Assembly (NCBI GenBank): GCA_965644295.1
Contig: CBFFRP010000253.1
Location: forward strand, 1-64,000
Source: Paraphysomonas bandaiensis
Lineage: Eukaryota > Protista > Chrysophyceae
DNA length: 64,000 nt
Direction of reading: 5' to 3'
In this document: piece after piece, positions 28,586 through 42,529 of the stretch
How the letters are laid out: the number at the start of each line of letters is the position of its first letter
Position numbering within the stretch: position 1 is the first letter of the stretch
Position numbers and translations under genes: made by a program
Notes under the pieces: generated by a model
The model's input: the letters and a program-made list of their open reading frames with translations, nothing else
What the model was told of the DNA's origin: nothing
Database searches by the model: none

Positions 28586-28855
28586 GAGGATAGAGATATG
28601 CTCATGTAATTGATGGTAATGAGGGTGTGGGAGGATAGAGATATGCTCATGTAATTGATGGTAATGAGGGTGTGGGAGGATAGAGATATGCTCATGTAAT
28701 TGATGGTAATGAGGGTGTGGGAGGATAGAGATATGCTCATGTAATTGATGGTAATGAGGGTGTGGGAGGATAGAGATATGCTCATGTAATTGATGGTAAT
28801 GAGGGTGTGGGAGGATAGAGATATGCTCATGTAATTGATGGTAATGAGGTTGTGG
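28586..28855. repeat. 45-bp tandem repeat, about 6 copies (GAGGATAGAGATATGCTCATGTAATTGATGGTAATGAGGGTGTGG)
   Basis: Near-perfect copies read directly. Confidence 0.95.
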
Positions 28856-30443
28856 ATGGCTCCTGTAGAAGGGCTTTTTATTAATCTCATATGACCGTAA
28901 TGTTCTTCTAAGTAGAGTGTGTATGTATGTATGCTGCTATTATACATAACTCAAACACATTGTAATACACATACATGACCTCAGAGGAGAAAGTAGATGA
29001 TGATGATGATATCCGTTACATATGCTGGTAGCAGTACTGTGATGCACAGTGTTCGTTTATCAGTGCAGTGAGATGTTTGCTATGTAGAACAATCAACACC
29101 CTCAGTTTGTACGGTCATAAACAGTACCACCTCCGCCTTCAGGAGACCGAAAACGTTTCGTACCCCACTAATATGACCTGCATTAGAACTGCATACTGGT
29201 CGATTTGCTGGATGTTGATATTTGTCTCCAAGGAAGTTCGTGCCAACGGTTTGAATCAAATTTTAGTCGACTGCAACTGTACTTCCACTTACATGCCCTC
29301 GAGCTTTACCACTCCATTGCATTCAGATAACCACTGACCTCTCTGTCATGGAAAACTTGTTCATTGTTAACTACGACTTTCCTTATTCATAGAATCAGTA
29401 CCTCGACCGGAACGGCAAGAGAATCAAAGAATCAAGGGACTCGTAGTTTCATTTGTTTCTTGTCCAAACGACGAAAATATTATTCGAAGTGTTGAAGAGA
29501 AGTTCTCTGTCCTCATTTTGTAATGCCAGCAGTGCTCCCTCCTTCATGTTGGAAGCCTTATATATAGTGTAAGCTTGTAGGGTAGCTCTCTATAAAGACT
29601 TGGAATAAGATTTTGATATCACAGTGGCTGTTCCATTATAATAGCAATTCCCATGTGGCGTTATGGGAATAGGTCTTTATTTATACAAACAACTAATTGA
29701 AATCTATGTCTTACAATGTAATTACGTTACTATCAGCCTTAAATTAAGTATGACTTGTATTATTTTATACCATAGTCATAGTGACATTTAAGTCATTGCT
29801 GCGCGCTGCGCGATATATTTGTTAGATAATATTCTCCTTTAGCCATTTTTTGCTGTATTAGCTAGCACTATATTTAGTTTACAAGAGCCACTGTTCACTC
29901 ATGATTATTCAGCTGGGTGAGAATAAATCAGAGATGCTTGCCATTGCCGCTGTAAGAAAAGTATTATATATTTATATATATAGTACAAGGAGGATCTACA
30001 CTTAGTTACCATGATGACCGTTGCTCAGACAACTCGACTTACAATTTACTACCAGTTTACCAGTAGATTAGTGTGAATTTGAAATGACAGTAAAAATAGG
30101 CGTATAAATATAAATTGGTATTGTATATTTTGAATTACTTCTTTCATTTATTGTACTGTACTTCTACATCTACGGGTTATCGTTACAAGCCATACCACAG
30201 CAGGTCTGCGATATTTTCACGCAGGATGGACCTCTGGTTTGCACGGTCCAATTTACGAAAAAAATTGCAGTTCATTGAGTTCCTGATACGGCCACCTAAA
30301 CGAATGCAAGAAAAAGGCACAAAACAGTATAGTAATATCATACAACGATAAAAGTTATGATATCGATTTAGTAAAAACATGAATCCCATCATTCATCTGA
30401 GGATGCGCAGGCCGCTACCTACAACCACGATAGTGTGCACGAG

Positions 30444-32439
30444 CTAGCGGGCGGCGAGATACTTGCATAACTCAGACCGAATCATATCTTCTCCAGGCAT
30501 TGGTTTTTTCCAAACTGCATCTGCTCCGGCTTCCAAGAAAGAGGTAGCATACTTCTTAGCATTTGCACTGCACCCAATTATGATCGTGTTGTTCGGAACA
30601 GACCGATTGCCTCTCAATATCTTCACAACCTACAAAGAGACGACGCAGAAGAACACATAGTCACGTTTTGAATGAAAAGACTATACTGTAGTGTCTGTGA
30701 ACTCACCTCGTGACCGAGAAGATATCCTCCCGTGCTCTGCAGGTTTTCATCCACGAATATCACATCAAATGTTTCTTTCGAGCTTATCAAGCGCTGGATC
30801 GCCTCCTCCCCATTTCCAGCCTCGCTAACAACCCATGCCCCAGCCGCGACGTCTGCGGCTATCTCTCCTTCCATAATATCCATGGACACTGGACAAGGTA
30901 TATCTCCATGCAAACTGTTGGATAAAGAGCCTCCTCCACTGCCACAGTTGCCACTATGTCGACGCGTGGGCGATGAGGCTCCGCTGTTGGCCTCACTACC
31001 AGCATGAGAGCCACCGCTAGGTCTTTGCTTATTGAGCCTTTTTGCCATCATCTTGCGCTGAAAGGTGCTGTCTTCTATTACCAATATGCGCAGTCCTTTC
31101 ATAAAGCTCGTCGCCTTTGACACCACCTCTGATAACCCTCCTTGAGAAACCACATTACATTCCGGGGTAGCATCTACAGACTCTGATCTCATTCGCGTTA
31201 TGGTAAAGTGCGTACCATCCTCGCCGTGAATGTCTCCTGACGACCCAGTCGGGGAGGTGCTCATAAATGACCCTGAAGGGCTAGAGTGAATGGAAGAAGA
31301 TGGCGAGTGGCGCGTCGCTCTCCTATGCTGCACATCCGACTCTGACACAAACCTACAGTCGACATCGTCCGGCATGTCTGACTCTACCACACCGAGTAGG
31401 GCTGGAATCGAACCAGAGGGACGACGTCCAGCAGATGGGCGCTTCCTCATGTGTGCTTTCTTCCTGGGGCGATATATATACACCCCGTTATCTGCCACTA
31501 TATCTTCCTCGATACCTTCAGATAAAGTGCTCACAGTAAGACTCTTCTTCAGTTCATCAGCGTTGCGCAGTAGAGCGAGAACAGTCGCAACATATGCCCG
31601 AAAGCTCGGGGCGTCTGCTGAATTGAGTCCAGCGGCTGATATTTCCCCATGTCTGATGCGATCCCAGAAGTCTGCACCTAAAAACTTCTTCTTCATCTGT
31701 ATAACCCCGCACATGTTACTATAACTGTTTTCACATGCACACGAGTTTAGGTACCTGATGCTGCACGACCTCCAATGGCCACAGAGCGTGTTTATGCTTA
31801 CGAACATAGAACTGGGTCACAGCGGAGGTAGGGTACAGCTCTTCTCCATCTGGCGAAAGCTCTGATCCTTGCTCAAGTCTGGAGGATGCGTAAAGCTGAA
31901 TCTCCTGCATGCTTTCCCCTACCAGTCGCTCCCCACCAACAGATGAGAACACAGTTCGCAGCAGTAGCTCAAGACTGGAGAGGCTGATAGTCTCGCAGTT
32001 ATCCGGTTCAGAGTATATGTCGATCACAAACCGCACAAAATCGTTCGGATCAGATAGACAGATAGCAGCAAATACGCTGGATACACACATGAGACAGGTG
32101 AACTTGTATTGTCATGAGAACAACATATGTATTACCAGGACAAGTGGTGTGGGAAACTAACGGAGAGATCATTATCAGGCCGATTCAGATAGTGCTCCAA
32201 AATAAAGTGAAAAAAGTTCCGATGCTGACTGTTTCCGGCCGAATCTTGATAAAATAATATATTTACAAGCTCCTCAGTATCGATCTGCTGCTGGTCCTTT
32301 CTAGATCCCTATAAGATCATATATATATCAGTATAGAGTTCGATAAGACATACATATATAACTATACCAGCAGTGAATGTACTTCATGGAGTATAGTGTT
32401 AATCCCGTTAATAACATCCACTAACACAGCAGTACTCAT
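30444..32439 (-). CDS. EF-hand-like (calcineurin-B-like) N-terminal region fused to a response-regulator receiver domain
   Basis: Receiver motifs LRILVIEDSTFQRKMM, SEAGNGEEAI, FDVIFVDENL (phosphoacceptor Asp), IIIGCSAN and FLEAGADAVWKKP. N-terminal FVRFVIDIYSEPDNCETISLSSLELLL and KHKHALWPLEVVQHQ|MKKKFLGADFW. The 5' exon phasing near 32170-32310 is unresolved. Confidence 0.7.
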
Positions 32440-33705
32440 CCTCACACAACACCTGTATATATATGTATGTATAGAGGGGTGTATGTATGTGTAGAGGGGT
32501 GTATGTATGTATAGAGGGGTGTCGAATAGATGATATGTAGTGTATTATATGATATTCATAGGAGTGATATGTATATATGACTGACAGGAGATGAAGAGAT
32601 AGTTAGAGGCCTATAGAGGTCACAGGAATGAATGGGATATGCAGGAGATAAGAATCAGATAGAGGGATAAGGTCAGATAGATATCTAGATGCAGATAAGT
32701 GTGTATATGATAGTATGGTATGTCTATGGAATTAAGAAGAAGTCTGATTGAGGTTATATATGGAAATATCTGTAAAGAGAGTGAGACGTACGCATAGATA
32801 TGTATATATGAGTGAGTGATGTCACTATGATTTTCTTTTTCTACTTCTGGACTTCTGTTTTCTATATGAAGATTCCCATATGATAGATATGTATACAGTA
32901 CTGTATATGTATGTACGTACGAGGGTGGATCTACAGGGGAATAATTATCGAGATTTTCCCTTATCATTTTTTGATGTTGATTACTCACGAGCAGCAGGTA
33001 TGTTGGAACGGAATTTTCGAATAATATATATATGAAATTAGGAATAATTTTAGTGATGTTTATATGAGATGGAGGAGAGTTGGAAAGGTTTAATAAGTGA
33101 GATTATGACATTGTGTAAGGTGTATTGAGTGGTAGATGGAGAGATATACTTTAACAGGCAAGTGAGCCTAGCTATCGGAAGTCGCCATCAGCAATCCGTT
33201 AAGTGAGTTTATAGCTGTATTCCGCATACAGCTGTATACAATCTAGAATACAATACATATGTGTACTTTCAACTGCCAAAATATTATAGACGTTGACTAC
33301 ACATACTACAACGTATACCACATACATACATCGCCTATGAGTATACAGCAGTGTACACCAAAGAATACACCCGTATAGAGAGTATGAAGGAAGTCAATGT
33401 ATGAAGTGTACTGTACTCTGTGTCCATATATGTATATATATGTATGGTATAGCCAGCAGCAGTAGGTCTGTATATATGATACAGGCATGTACAGTAGTGT
33501 ACATGACTATGCTATCCTCTAGATGTTCAAGTCAGTGGAATATATACGTCTATTTCCATATGTAAGCACACTCCTCCTCACTCTCTCACTATACACCCCA
33601 ATACAATCAAATATTAATCAGATACATACCTACATTATCTCCACAATAATCCTCATATCATAGATCAGTAACATCATTCATTCATCGCCTCAATCATCTG
33701 TTTAT

Positions 33706-36700
33706 ATGAGCACTATGGCGATCTCTATTCATGAGTTAATATCGAATTATGTAGAGGTTATTATCAATATCTAACTATGAAATCACTCATATTTTCATCA
33801 GAATGATGATCTCAATAGTCCCCCTCGACTTCACTCTGATCAGTTAAGTGATATACGAGATATCATCCAATCAGATTCAGGTATATACATACATACATAT
33901 ATAGAGAGAGACTGATAGTCAGTCATATCATTCATACAGATAATATCTTAAATGATAACTTCATTGAGACACTCGCAACTCTCTTATCTGGAGAAATATT
34001 ATCTGCATCTATAGAAGCGAAGGCTATGAGTATTGCCACTGCTTATTCTAGTTGGAAGAGCTCAGATAACTCCAATGAGGGCACTGTCACTGACAGAATC
34101 GAACACTGCATTCAGGTCATCACCTTATAACACTATCTTTGAACACTGGTGACTATGTTATGAACATAGGCATGCGTGTGTATCTCTCTGTTACTGGCAC
34201 GGGAAGCCCGACGAGGGTCTCTTTTATGTTCCACTTTATTTTCAGAGGAGTGCTTGGAACAGTGCATCGTGGCCGTCACCAAGTGCCTGACTAGTAACTT
34301 CAGTGTAGTTTCTTCTACCACGGCTATGTCACCGGTCAAAGGACGAAAGAGGAAACAAGAAACTCTCGAAGTTGTTAATACTGAGGCCGGAGAAGAAGAG
34401 GATGACAAGACACAAGTCCCGAAGAAAGTGATGACTGATGCTGTGAGTAACCCTTTCTATTTCTTCTTCCTAGCTGATATTTGACAGATCCGACGACTAT
34501 TTCCTCTGATGCATTGCTTCGTATGGTCTCTGCGAACCGCGCTGTGTTCTCACCGGCAGACAGATAGAGTCTGCGTATGTCTCTGTGAACTTGGCTTTTC
34601 TCTTCTCAGAAGCAATCTGTATGACCCAAGTAGTAATACCGCTGGGAGTAAGAAACGGTCCGAGCCCCACAGCCTTTTAGTATCTGGATCAGGTCTCGCT
34701 GAAGGCGGCATCGCTGTTCTCTGCGATGTCTTTCGACACTCAACTACCCAACGCCCGATGCTTATGCAGGAGGTGTATTCCTTTCTCCGTCTGGTGTATA
34801 CCTCACCTAAGAGTTACCCACGAGTGATAACTCTCCCCCTTCATTTGAGCTCTCACGGAGGAGGGATGTTTAAGTATGTTAAGCGTTGCAAAGTAACTGC
34901 TGCGGGTGCACTGGTAGTGTGCTTAGTGCAGTGTGTGGTGGGCGGAGATGAGGACTTGGTACTTCCTGTGATGCCAGAGGACGGATTGGGGATTGATGGT
35001 CGGCAAGCACTGCTAAAGGATATATACACTAGATACATGAAAGACCCGAACGCAGTTGCGAACACGGTTATGTCCGGTATGCTTACGGTAATTCGATGCT
35101 ATAATTCCTTTTGCGGCGTGTTACAACTGTCTTGTCTGCAGAGGTGTCGTCACCGCGAGACAGGGTCTGACTACAGGGAGGCTCTCAATCAGCTCGTTGC
35201 CGAAGTACTCGAGTGCCATGTACACCAGCACTCTCCAGGGGCTACTATATTACTTTCCGCATTTTTGCGGCGATGCACGGCAGATATCTCATCGTTAACA
35301 TCCTCCTCGCCAACGAACACAGCTGACACGAAAAGCGACACCTCCTTCGTAAATTTCCTAGTGGATGTGATGGGGGGACTTGGGGCGAGGGTGCGAGAAA
35401 TCGAAGTAGTGGCTAAAAGAGAGGCGGATGCAGCGAGATGTGCAGTAGTTCCAACAGGTAGCATATCACGAGGTGTATTAAATGCATTTTACTGTAGATC
35501 TCATGCTGTACCTATCACAGGAATCAGCACAGCACTATCCAAACAGTATGAAACTCTTTGTCCCATAGTGGACAGGATACAGTTGCATACACAAGAGAGT
35601 TCCAACACAACTACAGAATCTCCTAGTGGTAAAAGCAATAAGAAACGCAAGCAGAGCAAGGGAAAATGCAAGAAGCAGCACACTGTGCCATTGCAGCCTT
35701 TGTCCGTTTCAGCTGTGCGTGACGTTCTATCCTTATATCGGGACCTGGCTGGATCCGCTCTGGATCTCCTATGTGACGGTGCCGTAGACCCAGAAATAGC
35801 ACACTCCAATAGCTGTGAGGGTCCTCCGAATGGCATTGCTCGGAGTCTCTCGGCTACTATAGTCGATAATTCTCCTCTTGTCCTTACTTCTCCCGCCCTC
35901 TCTGCTCCCCCTTCCACACCTAGGACAACTACGCCAGCGGTCAACTTTCCGCAGAACCCACTCCCTGTGACCCAGTCTATTGCGCTACCATCTTTTGCAA
36001 CATTACTTTCTGAGGCAGGAGCACCAGAGGATGTGAAGAATAGGTGTGTTTATTTGATTTCTAAGATCTATTGTCATGGCATCATTCAGTTTGGAGTCCT
36101 ACGTGTCGGTCATGGATCTCTACAATTGGTGTCTAATTGATGGGATGGTAGTGCTAGCTGGTGAAGACTCATCTAGTGCCATCAACCCGTTCCTTTACGG
36201 TGCCGCTGAACTTTTGACTGTTATGTGGATGATGTAAGACTGACTGAACTCGTGTACAGCTTCAGTAACGTGTATTCAGGGACACTGTTAATCGTGACAA
36301 CATTGCGGTGGGGGAACTGGCATTGGGAATATTGCGGTACTTATCAGGCACCCGTAGAGGTACCAATACAGCTTCGTCTTTGTCGTCGATACTCTCACTT
36401 GCTGTGGGGCGTGGGGATGGTGCTGGTGGGGACACTATATATACTCCCGAATGGGGAATGGTTAGCTATAGGGCCGTGCTATTCGAGGACCGATGCTTGA
36501 GCAAAGATTTCAGCCTTGTCCTGCGCTTGCTGCTTTTACTTTTCTCCCAGCCGTCACCACTGGTAAGGTCCAGAGTGGTGCGAGCACTGGCCTGTCTCGT
36601 GGCTGCGGACCCCTCTCTTCTCTCTTCGCCAGAGCTACAGGAGTGTGTCATAGAACGCTTCAACGATGTTTCCATATCAGTGCGGGAGGAGACGGTGAAA

Positions 36701-39700
36701 TTGGTGGGAGGGTATATGCTCGGACAGCACCATCATCAACACCAAAGGGATGGGGGAGAAGGCATGTCTATGGATGGATATCTTAATGGACTGCTAGTGA
36801 GACTTCGAGACAAGGGGGTGTCTGTGCGTAAGTCTGTGGTCACAATTCTTCGGTCTATTCTCCTTCACCAACCGAACCACCCCAGGTGCATCCTTCTAAT
36901 TGGTATGTTGTCACTTGTTTGATTTCGGCAACAGGTATTCCGAAGTGTGCAAGGCACTCTTGGAACGGTGCTGGCTACCGAAAGAGGAGGATACCCTTAA
37001 GGATGTAATTCGTCTAACTTTTCAGCAGATATGGTTTAACCCTGCCCCGTCTGAGGCCGTGCGTGCGGCCGCTATGTGGCGATCCGCGTCGTCTGTTAAC
37101 TTAACTACCTCTCTTGTGAGGGAAGGGAGTCCGTCATCAGCTACTGTAATTACTGATACAGCTACTGCTGATGTGATAGCGGAGAATGCGAAAGATGGGA
37201 CCCTTCAGATCGACGTGGAATGTGGTGGAGAGGGTGAGGAGTTCTCCGGTCGAGATACAACAGTGGCTACACCAGAAGGGCAAGGACATGAAAATGCCAC
37301 TCAGTACCACGCCGAAACTACTGCGGCTCAAATAGTAGATGTGGTGGCCTCATCTTCCCTCCAAGGTGGGGGCGGGAGGGAAGACCAGTGGCTGGTGCAG
37401 ATGCTACGGGAGATGCTTCATGGCAGTAATGCAGCCTCCGAAGTCACTGCGCAGGTATACGCATATCATGTACAGACTCCTATACTCACTACGGTTTATA
37501 CGTGTGTAGGCAAAGAAGCGGAGAGCCTGTGCAAGGCTTCACTGCTGCCGCCTGGTGGAATGCTTGATAGAGTTGCTCATGCGAGCAGAGGAGCGACTTG
37601 CGGCCACTCTGAATGGGAACCCAGGAAATGATGCCGAGAAGTCGTGCACTAGTATGACACCACAAGAGGAAATAGTTGCTATATTCGTAACTCTGGCATG
37701 CTTCTGCAAGGTATTAGTATTTCTTGAAGTAATGTGTTCGAGGTTTGTTCATACTTCTGATGCCTGTTTAGGCACACCCTCCTTATGTAATTCGCCATTT
37801 ACATTTGTTGATACCCTATCTGGCGGGAGATAACGGACTTTCTAACCAGCAACAAGAGTCTATCGTGTGTTTGAAAGTTACACAAATGCTATCGGAGGCC
37901 TTTCTGGTGTCTCCTAATGGGTCTGAGCCTGATGAATGTCTACAGCAGGGTTTGTGGGAGAACAAGTGAGTCTTTTTAGATGTTTTACTCGTTTGTTAAG
38001 TTGAAATTTAGGGCGGAGGAGATTGGACAAGACCTTACCCGAGTGGCACTGACGTATTCCGGTCCGAATATACAGGCCGCGGTGGAGTGTCTGGGACGAC
38101 TTGCGACGAATATATTACACCATGCTCGACACCTCACCGATCTTGCAGATAAGTGCTTTCGGGCCATTGCTGCTGTGTCTACTTCTTGCACCGACATGGA
38201 GGTACCTTCGTATGAGACAACATACTCACTTCCCCAGGCCGAGGTACTCATTACATTGTTTCGCATTGCGGTATGCTTATTATGTCAATCGGGTATAGAT
38301 GGCTAAGCTTCAGCGCTGCATCGTGGTGCTTGGTTACATATGTGAACAGAGCAGTCAATGTCCGATGCTTCTCTGCTCTGCCGACGGAGACGAGGTAGAT
38401 GACAGGTATGACGAGGACATTGCTCGTAAAGAGCTCACGGGACCAGGGGGGCTGTCTTTTTTGCCTGGGGGTGCGCTGAATGGTGCGACGTATGTGTGCG
38501 TCAAATACTGTCTGCGTGTGGCTAACGCAGCAGTGAGATCCCGTGCCGTGCAGGCTCTCTGTTCGATATTTGTCGGTCGACCGACGCTCATGCTGTTTGC
38601 GGAAGAGACTGGCCTGTTGCGGCGAATTTTGTTAGGACAAGCTTATGGAGACTTAGTACTAGACCGAATGTTGCAAGCACTTAGGCATGTGCTTCTTATG
38701 GAAGAGGTGGAAGTGTTGTGCTCTTATTTTTAACGCTTTTACTTATATTGTTGCATGCAGTCACGACTGGAACATGGCGCTGCTGTTGATCAAATGAGAC
38801 TTGCAGGCACATCCTTGGGGTCCAAAGTACAGGGTGCTGACGTTGCTGCGGAAAACACGATAACAGGATCCGTACTGCAGCAGCACTTGTCCATTCTTTC
38901 CCGGCTTCCGGTCGATCATTCAGACCCTGGTATTCGACTCTCATCTCTGGAGTTGTTGGGCACGTTGCTCAACCACGGCATGGTACATCCACTGGACATC
39001 CTTTCCCTTCTGGTGGCACTGCAGGGCGACGAAGAGCCTCTTATCAGACAAAGGGCTCTTGCACTGCTCATTGAACAGGATGAACGGCGGTCGTCCTTCT
39101 TGGACAATAGGTGCGTATGTCTGTCACTGTGGTCTTGTGCACTGATTTGTATGCCACTGTTAGGCTAATAGAGGGCATGGAAACTGCTTGTGATATGCAA
39201 CTTCGCAGATTGGGTCACATCTACCCGTTCTTATCTTCGGCAGATCCGGAGGGTGAGATACTATGCAGCCCTGATGACCTTTCCGTAGTCTGCCCTTCCT
39301 CTGTGTTTTCCTCTCTGTACACTGCATGTGTGAGGCCCCATAGAAAACGACGCATGGATGTGATATGTGGTATCCTTAGAAAGTGTGAATCTCACTACCA
39401 GACGCTGGCTTCCCTGCGTTCAGCCTGGGAAAAATGCGACGTTTCATCCCCAATGAGTCCATCTGTAAGCCGCTCCAGAAACAAAACGGGAAGCGAAACG
39501 AAAAGGCCTGGCGCATTTTCAACCGACAGGGATGCCGATAAATTATTACTGGATTTAATAGCAGCTTCATCAGCACTTTCTCGCATCAGGTTTTTGGTTT
39601 GTGTCCTTGCTAAGCTACCTTTCTCCGTCCAGGACGAGCCCTTGATGGCCGTGTACTGGATTAATCGAAACGTTCCTGTTGGTGCGGGGATATTCCAGAA

Positions 39701-40514
39701 ACACATGCAGCTTGTTCTCTCTACTGCAGGGGCAGAGAAGGAGGGCCTCAATGTCAGCGGTGTTGTGGCCAAGAATTCTGTCTCCACACATCACGAAGAG
39801 GACATGCTGTGTGTGAGAGCTGACTCGTTTAATCAAAGAAGAGCGGCTACCAATAATAGTAATAACGATGGACTACTGGTTCTCTATAGCCTGGAGTGTC
39901 GGGGTAGGGAGACATTGCTGAGATTAAAAAGCTTCCTAAAAGCTGCTTACGGTCTGTCGGATGAGCGGTGTCTGGCATTTTCTCCATCTGAAGATGTGGG
40001 AGTGGCTACATCGGGAGGATTTAGGGTGGGAAGTGTGTCTGACCGGGACAGGGAGCGCCATAGAGACTCTATATTTTCTGTGAGTACAGGGTCCAAGGCT
40101 TCTGAAGATATTCTGATGTCGTGGAGTCAGGCGGAGTGCTGCTCGCCGTTAACTGATAAAAGAGCATTGAACTTACTTCAGACTTGTGTAGAAGATCACA
40201 ACAGGCTCTGCTCTATGCTTGACGGAGACGTAGCGGATGACTTCACTCTGGTTCCCTCCCGCAAGAGCAGCAGTATTAATCGTCCGAAACGCAAGCGAGA
40301 CGTGCAAACGTCGTCACCAGGGAAGAAACGGCGAGGGAGGAAAGCAGGGGATGTAGGAATAGAAGTGTCTATTCCCACGAGAACTGCCAGTGCAAGAAAG
40401 AAAGTCAAAACGAAGCGCCTCGGCGAGTCAGTGGAGATTGATGCGGTTGGTGAGGAAGGAGAATTCAATGCGGTATCAGCCGATGATTCCTCGAGTTCAG
40501 AGTATAAGATGTGA
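33706..40514 (+). CDS. NIPBL: Cohesin loader Nipped-B / SCC2 / NIPBL homolog, multi-exon
   Basis: Cohesin HEAT segment RSRVVRALACLVAADPSLL...ERFNDVSISVREETVKLVG...RLRDKGVSVRKSVV. Nipped-B C-terminal motifs HGMVHPLDILSLLVALQGD and LAKLPFSVQDEPL. Start codon approximate. Confidence 0.88.
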
Positions 40515-40881
40515 AGTCGAGTTGGAGATGAATAGTTCGAGAGTATGAATATTGTTAGTCTGCGTTAGTATAGATTGAAGTCGTTATTTTTATTGTTCGT
40601 TTGAAATGCGAATTGCGTTGCAGTGTATATTTCAGATTTTGTTGCTTGTGCAAAGTAGATATTAATGTTTATGAGTACCAGCACGGTAATTGTGTATCTG
40701 TAGTCTAAAGCACTTGTTTGTATTATTTGTAATCGAATTTGTACTTTGCTCTGGAATTCCTATATTTTCCCTGGTATTATGTTCTCTTAACTATAATATT
40801 GAAGCCGAACAGATATGTCCATGAACTGAATTTTGAGCTATATTTTTCTCAATTAAATAAGATTTAGAGCTAGTTTTAGTA

Positions 40882-41330
40882 TTTAACGAAAGATATACTT
40901 CGTATTATTAGAAGATAAAGATTGGTTATATAAACTTCACATGAAAGATAAGGCCTAATAGTATGATACAGGGCCTGATAACCGTTGATGGTAATGACAT
41001 TAACCATTAACGGTTACCAGGCCCTGGTATGATAACAAGACACGTTTGAACAGGGTGTTAGCACCACACACATTTGCGTATCTTGTACAGTCGCGTATCG
41101 TGTATCTGTGTATCTTATATAGTTTGGTAAATATTCTGTCAAGTTGATATTTCATTGTGTACATGTGTTGTATTCACGCGTTAAGAAATATACGTGAAGC
41201 AATGAATCTTAATACAATTCTGCTTCATTCAATCGCGTCTTGCTATTATTCTATTAGGCTTTATATGTCATGTGAAGTTTATATAGAGCTTTATCTTCTA
41301 AATAATACGAAGCATATCTTTCATTGAACT
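40882..41330. mobile_element. Old foldback / MITE-like element with imperfect inverted arms of about 100 bp
   Basis: 40885-40961 (GAAAGATATACTTCGTATTATTAGAAGATAAAG...ATATAAACTTCACATGA...CCTAATAG) is the imperfect reverse complement of 41252-41328. The match continues past the nested mini-element (ACAAGACACGTTTGAA vs TTCAATCGCGTCTTGC). Confidence 0.65.
40969..41026. mobile_element. 58-bp hairpin hAT-type mini-element
   Basis: CAGGGCCTGATAACCGTTGATGG...CCATTAACGGTTACCAGGCCCTG flanked by the perfect 8-bp TSD GTATGATA (40961-40968 and 41027-41034). Confidence 0.85.
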
Positions 41331-41811
41331 TAGTAACACTTACTTCTATTCACACTTAGAGTTATATATTCCCATATTTTTTTTTAATGCTAGCTATAAA
41401 TCTTGTTTTGGCAGTAGATGAGTTCAAGACTAACGTGACGATAACTACTTTTGTGGGCTCGGGGATACAAAATCCTACGAAATATGATTGCTAGAAACCT
41501 TTGTATATTGCTATGTGTGTGATCACTCCCATATATATTCAATTAACATAACTGAAGTTGGAAAAAGCTTGTTCAGGCCTGGGAATTGACCGTAATGTAT
41601 CAGATCTTGGTGAGGCGCGCATCTACAAGGAAACGCATGCCTTATCCATAATATTGACAGCGTTGACTATTGTCGTGGGCTAAATCAATATATTTCAAGT
41701 TTTCCCCCACATTCATTAAAAAGAAGGAGAGCAACGTGAAAAAATATATGTAACGTAGGTATGCTTAATTAGGCATGGGCGAAACAGGTGATCATAGTAA
41801 AGCACAAGAGT

Positions 41812-42393
41812 TTACTTGAGAGGGATGAAGCGGGAAGAGTTTGTGGATCCGATGCCGGGGCGTCCGTGTCTCACAGGTCTATAAAGAAGCAAGCAAATGA
41901 ACGAAGCCTATTTACATACAAACAATATATACCTGTAGGTGATGGAGAATTCGCCGAGGTAGTGACCAACCATCTCAGGCTTGATCTCAACATGGTTAAA
42001 CACCTTACCATTGTAGACAGCGACCTGAGAGCCAATCATCTCAGGAACAATAAGCATATTTCTGAGATGAGTCTTGACGGCTTCAGGCTTATCAAGAGGA
42101 CCAGCAGCTGTATATATACACACATGTTATATATATACATACAGTTGACATGAGTGTGTATATATAACACAACACATACCGGCTTTAGCCTTCCTGAGCT
42201 TCTTAATCAGAGCCATTGGCTTTCTGGTAAGACCTCTTTGCATCCTCCTACGTGCTCTAGAGTGAACATAATTGAGGAGCTCCTCATGCGAAAGATCCAG
42301 CAGCTTATCGAGCTCAATTCCACGGAATTGGAATTTCTTAAACTGTCTCTTCTTACGAAGAGCAGCAATAGCGTCTACATCAATATCAGCCAT
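41812..42393 (-). CDS. RPS15: 40S ribosomal protein S15 (uS19), 3 exons
   Basis: [60 protein letters not shown] and [19 protein letters not shown]. Confidence 0.97.
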
Positions 42394-42436
42394 GTTTCTT
42401 GTTGCCTAACTACGTGGTTTAGTTATATATAGATGA

Positions 42437-42529
<93 letters not shown>

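Noticed and set aside
28582-28947. ORF with TINYMSISLSSHTLI repeats
   Set aside because: It is the translation of a 45-bp tandem repeat; identical copies with no synonymous variation give no coding evidence.
29040-29540. GC-richer island that might be a decayed transposase
   Set aside because: Stops in all frames, and no diagnostic motif, TIR or TSD could be identified.
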